NCBI GenBank assembly: GCA_947476065.1
Contig: CANJPG010000006.1
Location: 6,507-70,506, forward strand
Origin: Fidelibacterota bacterium
Lineage (GTDB): Bacteria > Pseudomonadota > Alphaproteobacteria > Rhodospirillales > Rhodospirillaceae
Length of the DNA: 64,000 nt
Direction: 5' to 3'
Shown here: one piece after another, positions 54,639-63,685 of the stretch
Numbering within the stretch: the stretch's first letter is position 1
Layout of the letters: every line of letters begins with the position of its first letter
Position numbers and translations under genes: made by a program
Notes under the pieces: generated by a model
What the model saw: only the letters and a program-made list of their open reading frames with translations
What the model was told of the DNA's origin: nothing
The model's database searches: none

Positions 54639-56468
54639 TTAGAGTCCGAAGCCGCCCGATTGGCGCTGCCACAGCCGCGCGTAGACGCCGCCCGCCGCCA
54701 GCAGCTCGGCGTGGGTGCCCAGTTCGACAATGCGGCCTTCGTCCATCACCACCAGCCGGTCCATGCGCGCAATGGTCGACAGGCGGTGCGCGATGGCGAT
54801 GACCGTGCGGCCTTCCATCAGCGTGCCCAGCTGTTCCTGGATGGCGGCCTCCACTTCGGAATCCAGCGCCGAGGTGGCTTCGTCCATCACCAAGATCGGT
54901 GCGTTCTTCAGGATCACGCGGGCCAATGCGATGCGCTGGCGCTGTCCGCCCGAAAGCTTCACGCCGCGTTCGCCGACCTGAGCGTCGAATCCTTTGCGCC
55001 CTTGCCAGTCCTCCAGCGTGTTGATGAAGTCGATGGCATGGGCCTTTCCGGCGGCGTCGAGGATTTCGGCGTCGGTGGCCTCGGGCTTGCCGTAGCGGAT
55101 GTTCTCACGGATCGAGCGGTGCAGCAGCGACGTGTCCTGGGTCACCATAGCGATGTTGGCCCGCAAAGATTCTTGCGTGACGCCCGCGATATCCTGGCCG
55201 TCGATGAGGATGCGCCCCGCATCCAGCTCGAAGAAGCGCAGCAGCAGGTTGACCATAGTCGACTTGCCGGCCCCCGACGGCCCCACGAGTCCGATGCGCT
55301 CGCCGGCGGCAATCGACAGAGTGATGCCGTGCAGCACGCCGCGTTCCGAGCCATAGCCGAAGTGCGCGTCCTCGAAGCGCACCGCGCCCTTGTCCACCTT
55401 CAGCACCGCGGCATCGGGTTTGTCCAGCATCTGGCGCGGCACGGCGATGGACTTCATGCCGTCCTGCACCGCGCCGACGTTCTCGAAAATGTTCGTGATG
55501 CTGTAGGCCACCCAGCCCGACATGCTAACCACCTGCCAGGTCAGCGGCAGGGTCATGGCCACCGTGCCGACATTGATCTCGCCGATGGACCACATCCACA
55601 CCGCCGCCGCACCCATCGACACCACCAGCACCGCGTTGATGGTGGTCAGCGTCAGCGAGAACAGCGTCGTCAGGCGCTGCTGGCGGTGGAAGATCGCCGT
55701 GTGCTCGTCCACGGTCTTTCTGATGTATTCGTCTTCGTCGCGGGGGCGCGCGAACAGCTTCACGGTGAGAATGTTGGTGTAGCCATCGACGATGCGCCCC
55801 GTCAGCACCGAGCGCATCTCCGAGGTCGCCCGGCTGCGCTCGCGCATGCGCGGCACGAAGTATTTCAGCATGATGGCGTAGAACACGAACCACGCCGCCA
55901 CCGGCAGGGCGAGGCGCGGGTCGTTGGACGCGAGCAAGGCCATGGCACTGCTGCCATAGATTACGATGTACCAGACGGCGTTGGTGGCCATCACCACGCT
56001 TTCGCGCAAGGACGGACCCGTCTGCAGGATGCGGTTGGCGATGCGCCCGGCGAAGTCGTTCTGGAAGAATGACCAACTCTGGCGCACCACATGCCAGTGG
56101 TTCTGCCAGCGGATAAGGTTGGTCAGGCCCGGCACCAGGCCCTGGTTGACCAGCAGGTTTTGCGCGAGGAACACGATGGGCCGCGCGAACAGCACCGCCG
56201 CCGCCATGCCCAGGAGCTGCGGCCAATAGGTGCCCAGCACCTCGGCCGGCGTGTGGTTGGACACCAGGGTCACCAGCCGGCCGATGAACACCGGGATCAT
56301 GAGATCGAGCAGCGCCACCAGCGAGCCGGTGACAAACAGGGCCGCCACCAGACCTTTGGCCTGGCGCGCATAATACCAATAGAACGCCGTCAGCTTTGTC
56401 GGCGGGGACGAGTCTGGGGACAGCGCTGTCGGGTCCAGCAGCCGTTCGAAAAAACCAAACAGGCTCAT
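54639..56468 (-). CDS. fused permease/ATPase ABC exporter (type IV, MsbA-like fold; substrate unknown)
   Basis: The start at 56468 reads MSLFGFFERLLDP. A six-TM domain is followed by Walker A GPSGAGKST, the signature LSGGQRQR and Walker B LVMDEATSALD. Confidence 0.88.
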   Translation of the reverse strand: MSLFGFFERLLDPTALSPDSSPPTKLTAFYWYYARQAKGLVAALFVTGSLVALLDLMIPVFIGRLVTLVSNHTPAEVLGTYWPQLLGMAAAVLFARPIVFLAQNLLVNQGLVPGLTNLIRWQNHWHVVRQSWSFFQNDFAGRIANRILQTGPSLRESVVMATNAVWYIVIYGSSAMALLASNDPRLALPVAAWFVFYAIMLKYFVPRMRERSRATSEMRSVLTGRIVDGYTNILTVKLFARPRDEDEYIRKTVDEHTAIFHRQQRLTTLFSLTLTTINAVLVVSMGAAAVWMWSIGEINVGTVAMTLPLTWQVVSMSGWVAYSITNIFENVGAVQDGMKSIAVPRQMLDKPDAAVLKVDKGAVRFEDAHFGYGSERGVLHGITLSIAAGERIGLVGPSGAGKSTMVNLLLRFFELDAGRILIDGQDIAGVTQESLRANIAMVTQDTSLLHRSIRENIRYGKPEATDAEILDAAGKAHAIDFINTLEDWQGRKGFDAQVGERGVKLSGGQRQRIALARVILKNAPILVMDEATSALDSEVEAAIQEQLGTLMEGRTVIAIAHRLSTIARMDRLVVMDEGRIVELGTHAELLAAGGVYARLWQRQSGGFGL

Positions 56469-56584
56469 ATCGGGCCTTAGCACGGGCGTTGAGGGGCCGG
56501 GACTATAAGGCCGAACGCGAGTATATTGCCAGCGTGCGCCGCGCATATATTGCCAGAGCGAGCAAACCGTGCACAATCCATCGC

Positions 56585-58447
56585 ATGTTCGAGCAAGAGA
56601 TCAGGAAGCTTTACGACCATCTCTATGCCAACGCAGGCGTCAAAACTCCTGCGGCCATCGGCGCCGAAATTGGCAAGGTGCTGCATACCGCTGTTTACCT
56701 GGAGCGCGCCGAGGCGGTGATCCCGGCCTTTTCCGCAACCCAAACCCAAGACGTTCAGGCCGCCTTCACCCGTATGAACAAGGCCTGGGCCCTCTATCCG
56801 CCCGGCAGCCAGATCGACCTCGCGGATTTTGACTTGAGCTATGCCCGCACACGGCTCGCGGGCCTTACCATCTCCGATCCGCGCCACGACTTCCTTGGCG
56901 ATGCCACCGAGATATTCCGCTCCGACTGGGCCAAGCAGGCGGGCGGGCAGTTCTTCACCGATCAATACGTCACGCGCCTGGCCATGACGCTGCTGCGGTT
57001 TGATCCGCGCAACGGTGATGACCTCCTCGACATCTGCGCCGGCACCGGCGGTTTTCTGCTGGCGGGTCTCAACCATATCCGCCGCCTGGTGCCCGACGAA
57101 CGCGCAGCGGCGGCGCTGGCGGCCAAAAGCCTGAAAGGTCAGGACGCCGACGCCAGTGTCGTCGCGGTCGCCAACGCCAGCTTGCGCAGCCGCCTGGGCC
57201 AGTACGCGACATTGGTGGCCACGGGTGATTCCTTGCGCGGCGGCGATTTTGCCGAAGGCGCGCATCTGTGCATCGCCACCAATCCGCCCTTCGGCACCAA
57301 GATCACCATCAAGGACCCCGCGCTCTTGCAGCGTTTCGATCTGGCCCACAGCAGCATGGGCCTCTCGCCGCGCGCCCCCGACATCCTGTTCCTGGAGCGG
57401 AACCTGCGTCTCTTGCGTCCTGGCAAAGGCCGCATGGCGATTGTGATTCCCTATCAACTTTTATCCGGCCCCCAGGCGCGCTTCGTACGCGAGTGGCTGC
57501 TGTGTCACGGCAAGGTGCGGGCGGTTATCGACCTGCCCATGGAAACCTTTCAGCCCCACACCGGCACCAAGGCCTCGCTGATGCTGGTGGAGCGCCGCGA
57601 CAGGCCGCTGATGCTTGCCGATATAAATGATGATCACGACGTCTTCTTCGCCACCCCGCGCTGGATCGGCCACGACCGGCGCGGCAATCGGGTCTATAAG
57701 CGCGGCACCGACAAAACCCTGACCGACTTTCCTGAGGTCGAGGCCGCCTTCACGCGCTTCATCGCTGAGGGCGTTGTCGGCGACAGTTATAAAGAAGCCT
57801 TCACCGTCAACGCCCGCCGGCTTACCGCGGAAGCGGGCCTGCGGCTCAATGCGACCTTCCACGCGCCGCAGCGCGCGCTGTTGAATGCGGAGGCCCAACC
57901 GCTCGCGTCGCTGGTCGCCCGCATTTTTTGTCCCGCGCGCTTCAAGCGGCACTATGTCGATCCGGGGGCGGGCGCGGTGCCTTTCCTCGGCGGCGCCAAT
58001 ATTTCCGAGTTGATGCCGACGGGGGTGAAGTGGCTGGCCGCCGATGATCCCAAGCTGGCCGAGCTACGCGTGGAGGAGGGCTGGTTGCTGATTACCCGCA
58101 GCGGCTCCACCGGCATCGTCGCCAGCGTGCCCAAGGCCTGGGCCGGGGCGGCGGTGTCCGAGCACGTCATCCGCATCGTTCCCGACCCCGCCAAGGCCGA
58201 CCCCGGATTTCTGTTGGCGGTCTTGCGCAGCGCCTACGGCCAGCGCTATCTCGCTCGCGGCATCTTCGGTTCGGTCATAGATGAGATCACGCCCACCTAT
58301 GTCGGCGAGTTGCCGGTGCCCACATTGGAGGCGGCGAAATTGTCCGCCATTACCTCCGCCGTGAGGGCCGCCGAAGCCGGACGCGCCCAGGCCATGGGCG
58401 GATTATCCGACGCCGCCGTGCTGATCGACGAGGCCTTTGCATGTTAA
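56585..58447 (+). CDS. N6-adenine DNA methyltransferase (gamma class) fused to a single type I S-like target recognition domain
   Basis: The start at 56585 reads MFEQEIRK. Motif I is LLDICAGTGGFLL and motif IV is IATNPPFG. The C-terminal roughly 190 aa (..LITRSGSTGIVASVP..SEHVIRIVP..FLLAVLRS..ELPVPTL) resemble an HsdS half-TRD with its conserved helix. Confidence 0.8.
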   Translation: MFEQEIRKLYDHLYANAGVKTPAAIGAEIGKVLHTAVYLERAEAVIPAFSATQTQDVQAAFTRMNKAWALYPPGSQIDLADFDLSYARTRLAGLTISDPRHDFLGDATEIFRSDWAKQAGGQFFTDQYVTRLAMTLLRFDPRNGDDLLDICAGTGGFLLAGLNHIRRLVPDERAAAALAAKSLKGQDADASVVAVANASLRSRLGQYATLVATGDSLRGGDFAEGAHLCIATNPPFGTKITIKDPALLQRFDLAHSSMGLSPRAPDILFLERNLRLLRPGKGRMAIVIPYQLLSGPQARFVREWLLCHGKVRAVIDLPMETFQPHTGTKASLMLVERRDRPLMLADINDDHDVFFATPRWIGHDRRGNRVYKRGTDKTLTDFPEVEAAFTRFIAEGVVGDSYKEAFTVNARRLTAEAGLRLNATFHAPQRALLNAEAQPLASLVARIFCPARFKRHYVDPGAGAVPFLGGANISELMPTGVKWLAADDPKLAELRVEEGWLLITRSGSTGIVASVPKAWAGAAVSEHVIRIVPDPAKADPGFLLAVLRSAYGQRYLARGIFGSVIDEITPTYVGELPVPTLEAAKLSAITSAVRAAEAGRAQAMGGLSDAAVLIDEAFAC

Positions 58448-58653
58448 CCATGACCGAGCAGGAAATCGATTTTGTCGCCGCCAGCTTTCGTGCCTGGTGC
58501 ACGGAAAATGGCAAGCTGGCACCCAGCGCCGACGATGCCGCCGCCTATTTCGCCCAGGTGCAAAACAACGAGCCCATGGCGGCCGAACTGATCGACCATG
58601 ACTGGGAAGACTTTCTGGCGTTTCTGCAGGAGCGCCGGCTTCTGCGGTCATAG
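58441..58653 (+). CDS. 70-aa acidic protein of unknown function, overlapping the MTase stop
   Basis: ATGTTAA overlaps the MTase stop at 58445-58447. Codon usage is GC3-rich and no motif was recognised. Confidence 0.45.
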   Translation: MLTMTEQEIDFVAASFRAWCTENGKLAPSADDAAAYFAQVQNNEPMAAELIDHDWEDFLAFLQERRLLRS

Positions 58654-58747
58654 CCGCTACAGATTGCACTATACGCCTTTCCGTCCTTTGTCCGTGAGCC
58701 GCCGGTGCTAGGCTTGAGCCTTCTTCACCACGTAGGAGGCTTGTTCC

Positions 58748-60556
58748 ATGCGTCTCACCGGCATCTCCGCTCTCGCCGTTGTCATGCTCGCGACCACCGC
58801 CATGGCCGATGGCCCGGTTGACGATGCGCGCCTGCACGGCGTCACCGCCAAAGACGGCGACTGGATCACCTTCGGGCGCGACTACTCCAACGCGCGCTTT
58901 GCGCCCTTCACGCAGATCGACAAGACCAACGTCGCCAAGCTGACGCCCGCCTGGATCTATCAGCTGGGCGTGCTGGGCTCGACCCAGACCCAGCCGGCGG
59001 TGGTGGGCGGCGTGATGTATGTCACCACGGCGGGCAATGACCTCGCCGCCATTGATGCGGCCACCGGCAACGAAATCTGGCGCTACAAACACAAGTTCGC
59101 CAAAGCCGTTAGCCCGATCATGAGCAACCGCGCCGCCTCGGTGGCCTACGGCATGGTCTTCGAAGGCACCGACGACGAACGTGTGATTGCCTTGGACCAG
59201 GCCACGGGTAAAGTGAAATGGGATGTCACCGTGCCCACCTGGGACCCGACGCCTGTGCTCGCCCCCGGCCAGAAAAAGCCGGTGATCTCCTACAAGTTCA
59301 AGGCGCCGCCCTTCGTCTACGACGGCAAGCTGATCGTGCAGACCACCAGCATGGAGCCGCCGGGTCCGTCGCCCGAAGACATCAAGGCCGCCGTGGCTGC
59401 CGGTAAAGACATCGGGCTTGAGTGGCTCAACGCCTACATGGGCATGCGCGGCTTTATCGCGGCGCTCGACGCCAAGACCGGCGCCGAGGTCTGGCGCTGG
59501 TACGTCACCAAAGAGCCCGATTCAAAAGGCAAAGGCGCCGAAGGCGGCTACGTCAACACCACACCCGACGGCATGCCCCTCAACCGCGACATCAAGGGCG
59601 AGAAGGCCTCCTACGAGCACTACAAGAATTCCTGGGCTTCTTTCGGCGCGTCGCCGTGGATGCCGCCCGCCTTCGACGCAGAGTTAGGTTTGCTCTACGT
59701 CACCACCGGCAATCCCAATCCCGGCGATCTGCCCTCTATCCGGCCCGGCGACAATCTATATTCCAATGGTGTCGCCGCACTAGATGCCAAAACCGGCGCC
59801 CTGCGCTGGTTCGTGCAGCAGGACCCCCACGGCCAATACGACGCCACCGCTCAGCCGGTGCTCATCGACACCATGGTAAAAGGCAAAAGCGTCGCCGCCG
59901 TCGTGCAATGTGGCAAGGCCGGCTGGTGCTACGTCATGGATCGCGCTACCGGCAAGCTGCTGTATCGCAGCGACGAAGTGGTGCCGCATATGAACACCCA
60001 CGACGCCTGGAACCCGACCATGACAGCCTCGGCTGAGGGCATCGTGGTGTCGCCCAGCGATGCGGGCGGTGTCGGCGTGTCGCCGGTGTCCTACGACCCC
60101 GCCACCGGAACGCTGTTTGTCGGCGGCATCCACCTGCCGATGATCAAGACCCTCGAGAAGTACGACAACATCAAGGGCGCCCCACCGCTCTACCGCATCA
60201 ACAACAAGCCGCTGCCGGGCGAAAGCTTCGGCGTGCTGACCGCGCTCAATCTCAAGAACGGCGGCAAGACGCTTTGGTCCGCCAAGACGCCGCAGCCCTT
60301 GGTGGGCGGCACGCTGGCGACGGCGGGCGGCCTAGTGTTCATAGGCGAAGCCAACGGCCATCTCACCGCCTACGACAGCAGCGCCGGCAAGCCCTTGTGG
60401 AGCTACCAGACCGGCGCCTACGTCGGTGCGCCGCCGATCTCCTATTCACTGAACGGCAGGCAATACGTGGCTGTCGCGACAGGCGCGCCCGCCGCCGGCA
60501 ACGGCTACGGCGGCAAAGGCGGCGGGGCGATCGTGGTGTTCGCGCTGCCGCAGTAG
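58748..60556 (+). CDS. PQQ-dependent dehydrogenase-family beta-propeller protein (methanol/ethanol family-like), periplasmic
   Basis: A signal peptide is present. The N-terminal GDWITFGRDYSNARFAPFTQIDKTNVAKLTPAW..GVMYVTT..LAAIDAATGNEIWRY is typical of quinoprotein dehydrogenases. Confidence 0.8.
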   Translation: MRLTGISALAVVMLATTAMADGPVDDARLHGVTAKDGDWITFGRDYSNARFAPFTQIDKTNVAKLTPAWIYQLGVLGSTQTQPAVVGGVMYVTTAGNDLAAIDAATGNEIWRYKHKFAKAVSPIMSNRAASVAYGMVFEGTDDERVIALDQATGKVKWDVTVPTWDPTPVLAPGQKKPVISYKFKAPPFVYDGKLIVQTTSMEPPGPSPEDIKAAVAAGKDIGLEWLNAYMGMRGFIAALDAKTGAEVWRWYVTKEPDSKGKGAEGGYVNTTPDGMPLNRDIKGEKASYEHYKNSWASFGASPWMPPAFDAELGLLYVTTGNPNPGDLPSIRPGDNLYSNGVAALDAKTGALRWFVQQDPHGQYDATAQPVLIDTMVKGKSVAAVVQCGKAGWCYVMDRATGKLLYRSDEVVPHMNTHDAWNPTMTASAEGIVVSPSDAGGVGVSPVSYDPATGTLFVGGIHLPMIKTLEKYDNIKGAPPLYRINNKPLPGESFGVLTALNLKNGGKTLWSAKTPQPLVGGTLATAGGLVFIGEANGHLTAYDSSAGKPLWSYQTGAYVGAPPISYSLNGRQYVAVATGAPAAGNGYGGKGGGAIVVFALPQ

Positions 60557-60565
60557 CGGGGCCGG

Positions 60566-60949
60566 TTACTCCTTCACCACCTTACCCGTCAGCTGCACCA
60601 GCCGGCGGGTGACGTGGTCGAGCATGAAGCGTACCAGCGGGTGGGCCTCGGCCAGGCGTACCTCGAAGACCTCGTGGTTGATTTCCAGAAGCTCGCAGCG
60701 GTCGGCGGCCATGACGGTGGCGGTACGCGCCTTGGCGTTGGTCAGCAGCGCGATCTCGCCGAACAACTCGCCGGGATACATGCGGGTGAGGGGGATAAGG
60801 TCGCCGCTGGGGCTCTGTGCCACCACGTCGGCATGGCCCTTGAGAATGACGTAGGCGTTATCGACCGGCTGGCCTTCGAGGAAGATGATGTCGCCGGCCT
60901 CGACCGTGCGCATCTTGCAGGTGCCGGGCGGCAGGTCTTGCAGGTGCAT
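60566..60949 (-). CDS. stand-alone cyclic-nucleotide-binding (CAP_ED) domain protein
   Basis: 127-aa ORF. The phosphate-binding cassette-like motif is GELFGEIALLTNAKARTATVMA. No effector domain is present. It begins 13 nt downstream of the cyclase gene. Confidence 0.8.
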   Translation of the reverse strand: MHLQDLPPGTCKMRTVEAGDIIFLEGQPVDNAYVILKGHADVVAQSPSGDLIPLTRMYPGELFGEIALLTNAKARTATVMAADRCELLEINHEVFEVRLAEAHPLVRFMLDHVTRRLVQLTGKVVKE

Positions 60950-60961
60950 TGAAGCCCCCAG

Positions 60962-62665
60962 TTATTTCGTCTCAAACCGCTGCACACCGTCCCAACCGGC
61001 GGGCGGCGGCGCGGCAACAAAATCGCCGCACCGCGCGACATACAGCGCCGCCACTTTATCGCTGGGCTGCTCCGCCGCGCAACGCTGAAAGGCCGTCAAT
61101 GCATCCGCCCAGCGGCGCGACTTATATAGAGTATAAGCGGCTTCCCAGCTTGCAAGGTCCTTCAGCGCCGCAGCATCCACATCCGCCCGGGCGCCGATCA
61201 GCTCATGGATTTCGAAGGCATAGACCGCGCCCTTGGGCATCACGTGATCGACGCTGCGGAACACAAAGCCGTCGCCCGCGAGGTCACGCAGCCGCTGACT
61301 GGCTAATATCTCGGTGCCGTAATACTTGTTGAGGCCCTCGATGCGAGAGGCGAGGTTCACCGAGGAGCCGATGACGGTGAAGTCCATGCGGTCCGGCGCG
61401 CCGACATTGCCGAACACCGTCTCGCCGGCGTGCAGGCCAAAGCGCGTGTGCCAGGGGAACTCGCCCGCCGCCTGCCACTTGGCCGCCAGCGCCTTGCTCG
61501 CCGTCCGCGATTTTAGCGCCGCCGTACAACAAAGCGCCGCGTGATTCTCCTGGGGCAGGGGCGCGTTCCAGTACGAGAAAATCGCGTCGCCGACGTATTT
61601 ATCCAGGATGCCGTTCATTTCTAGGATAGGCGCCACGACCGTGCCGAAGTATTCGGACATCACCACCATCACCCGTTCAGGGGCCAGTTGCTCGCTGATG
61701 GTGGTGAAGTCCGTCACATCAGTCATCAGCAACGACAGCTCACGCCGCTCGCCGCCGATCTCGGCCTTGCCCGTGGCCAGCACGCGTTTGATCACGCTGG
61801 TCGGCACATATTTACTGAAGGCCTTGAGGCCGTTCTTCATGTCGAACAGCGCCCCGAACAGCTGGTCCACCTCGAGGATCAGGCTGCTCTGGCGTTTGTC
61901 ATCGGGGTTCAAGTCGAGGCGGCTGACGGCTTCGGTTTCGCCGACGACGATATTGATGTCGCGCGCGACGCTGTTGCTGATGGCGCGGATGACCGACAGG
62001 GTCACCAGCAGCACGACAAAGCCTATGCCCAGATTGGCGAACAGGTCGCGCAGCAGCCGGTCGTTGACGTCGCTGATCTCCATGTCGGCGCCGAAGATCG
62101 CCACGCTGCCGGGGTGATTGATGTCGCCCGGAAACGGCGCCGGCACCAGGCACGAGCGGAAGTAGCCGTATTCGTCCTTGGCGATGTCGATGACGCGCTC
62201 GCGGGTTTTGGCCGCGCCCACCATGCCGGGCGAGGGCTTGTAGGGCTTCAACAAAAGACTCTTGAGCGGATCGATGTTGGCCGACTTCTGCTCGGGCGAT
62301 AGGTTGCTAACCAGCTCGAAGGCGGTGCTGTCGTTACGCACGACGATGGAATAGAGGAAGTTCAGTTTGGTCGCCGAGAAGTAGCGCTCCAGCTCCCGCT
62401 GCGTGCGCCGATAGCTGTCGTCGTATAAGGGCTGCGTGCGCGTCTCGGTTTCGGCCTCGATCACCAGAAGCGGCGGCACGATCCCGCGCACGCCTTCGGC
62501 CGCCGCGCACAGGATGTCGTCGATGTTCTCTAACGTGGACTCGCGCGACGCCTGGTAGGCCAGCGCCGAAAAAATCAGCGAGCCGAAAATGCTGACCACC
62601 GCCAGGCTCCAGCCCAGCCGGCGGCGCAGCGCCCTTGGACGCGTGTGAAACGAAAAAGCTGCCAT
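60962..62665 (-). CDS. membrane-anchored class III adenylate/guanylate cyclase (TM - sensor - TM - HAMP-like - CYCc - C-terminal helical repeat)
   Basis: The start at 62665 reads MAAFSFHTRPRALRRRLGW. The cyclase core has LSLLMTDVTDFTTISE, KYVGDAIFSYW, FGLHAGETVFGNVG, FTVIGSSVNLASRIE. Confidence 0.85.
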   Translation of the reverse strand: MAAFSFHTRPRALRRRLGWSLAVVSIFGSLIFSALAYQASRESTLENIDDILCAAAEGVRGIVPPLLVIEAETETRTQPLYDDSYRRTQRELERYFSATKLNFLYSIVVRNDSTAFELVSNLSPEQKSANIDPLKSLLLKPYKPSPGMVGAAKTRERVIDIAKDEYGYFRSCLVPAPFPGDINHPGSVAIFGADMEISDVNDRLLRDLFANLGIGFVVLLVTLSVIRAISNSVARDINIVVGETEAVSRLDLNPDDKRQSSLILEVDQLFGALFDMKNGLKAFSKYVPTSVIKRVLATGKAEIGGERRELSLLMTDVTDFTTISEQLAPERVMVVMSEYFGTVVAPILEMNGILDKYVGDAIFSYWNAPLPQENHAALCCTAALKSRTASKALAAKWQAAGEFPWHTRFGLHAGETVFGNVGAPDRMDFTVIGSSVNLASRIEGLNKYYGTEILASQRLRDLAGDGFVFRSVDHVMPKGAVYAFEIHELIGARADVDAAALKDLASWEAAYTLYKSRRWADALTAFQRCAAEQPSDKVAALYVARCGDFVAAPPPAGWDGVQRFETK

Positions 62666-62731
62666 GACCCCGCAACGATCCCCGGCCCATTTGTAGCAAG
62701 CCCGCTGGAAGAAGTCTCGGGGCCGAGCCTT

Positions 62732-62772
62732 GTCCCATGTCCCAGACCCGCCAAGGGGATGGGACTTGGGAC
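62732..62772. repeat. 13-bp inverted repeat (GTCCCATGTCCCA / TGGGACTTGGGAC, one mismatch) with 15-nt spacer upstream of the cyclase gene
   Basis: Read directly from the sequence. It lies 67-107 bp upstream of the cyclase start. It could be an operator or a 5'-UTR hairpin. Confidence 0.7.
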
Positions 62773-62985
62773 GAGGCGGGCGTATTGCTCCGATGTCTTT
62801 CAACCGCGACGCCTGCGCCTTCAGGAAATACCCGACCAGACCTACAGACCTAGATCTGTAAGCAGGAGGGCCGGCGCACCCCACCGGCATAGATTTTCCA
62901 CGGGTCAGTGCAAGAGAAGTTTTCGCCCCCACCCCCAGCTGGGATGAGATGTGCGCATTCGGTATCTGCTACCAATTTCGCGATT

Positions 62986-63663
62986 TCACGGACCAGGCCC
63001 GACGTTCGCAGCCGGGCGCTCAAACACCGTCACCTCCACGCCCGCCGCCGGACCCTGCGCCAGAAACGCCTCCACTTGGGCAGCGCAAGATGCGGCGTCG
63101 CCGCCCGGTGAGCCTTCCCCGCGAAACACGAGGGTGACGATCTTGCGGTCGTCCGCCGCGCCGAATTCATCCAACTGCGCCTTGGCTTCGATAATGGTCC
63201 GCGTCAGCTTGCCGTGTAGAAAATCGTCGGACAGCGCCGCGTCTGAAAGAATGAGGGTTTTGACTTCGCACAGCACGCGCCGCCCCTCCAGCATCGCCAC
63301 CACATCCGGCGACTTGCGGTCATAGGTCCGCGCGACAAAGCTGATCTCGGTGCATCCCAGACTTTTCAGATACGCGTAGCCCTTCACCTCGTTCAGAAAA
63401 TCCCCCAGCGCCTCCCACGGGCGCGCCCTGATCCGGCTCAGGCGCTGCAGGGCCTCGGCCTTCAGCGACTGCCACGCCGCGTCGTCCACGCCGGCAAGAT
63501 CGGCTTCATAGCCATCAAGTGTTTCGCGGGAAATGAGGCGCGATTGGATCGCCTTGTCCAATGTGCGCGCCAAAGAGTCGCCTTTGCCCGCGTCCTGCGC
63601 AGCGGCGATCAGCTCCCGGATGCGGGAAAGCGGCGAAGGCAGGGACGACGGCATGACAGGCAC
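62986..63663 (-). CDS. hypothetical protein with PD-(D/E)xK nuclease-like motif
   Basis: 225-aa ORF. The segment ..FLNEVKGYAYL..RKSPDVVAMLEGRRVLCEVKT.. fits the E...PD...ExK arrangement. The assignment is by eye only. Confidence 0.45.
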   Translation of the reverse strand: MPVMPSSLPSPLSRIRELIAAAQDAGKGDSLARTLDKAIQSRLISRETLDGYEADLAGVDDAAWQSLKAEALQRLSRIRARPWEALGDFLNEVKGYAYLKSLGCTEISFVARTYDRKSPDVVAMLEGRRVLCEVKTLILSDAALSDDFLHGKLTRTIIEAKAQLDEFGAADDRKIVTLVFRGEGSPGGDAASCAAQVEAFLAQGPAAGVEVTVFERPAANVGPGP

Positions 63664-63685
63664 TATGTGTGAGGCGTGGGAATAA

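Noticed and set aside
56396-56584. 63-codon N-terminal extension of the MTase ORF overlapping the divergent ABC exporter start
   Set aside because: The extension overlaps the ABC gene's 5' end on the opposite strand and has an off-frame-like composition. MFEQEIRK at 56585 is a plausible N-terminus.
60566-62665. Pycsar/CBASS-like anti-phage signalling (cyclase plus cNMP-binding effector)
   Set aside because: The cyclase has the architecture of a sensory membrane class III cyclase (TMs, HAMP-like linker). The cNMP-binding protein lacks any killing module (TM, TIR, nuclease, phospholipase). There is no mobile-element context.
56585-63663. Pairing of the orphan MTase with the PD-(D/E)xK-like protein as a restriction-modification system
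   Set aside because: They are separated by about 4.3 kb containing unrelated genes on both strands (PQQ dehydrogenase, cNMP-binding protein, cyclase). There is no operon relationship.
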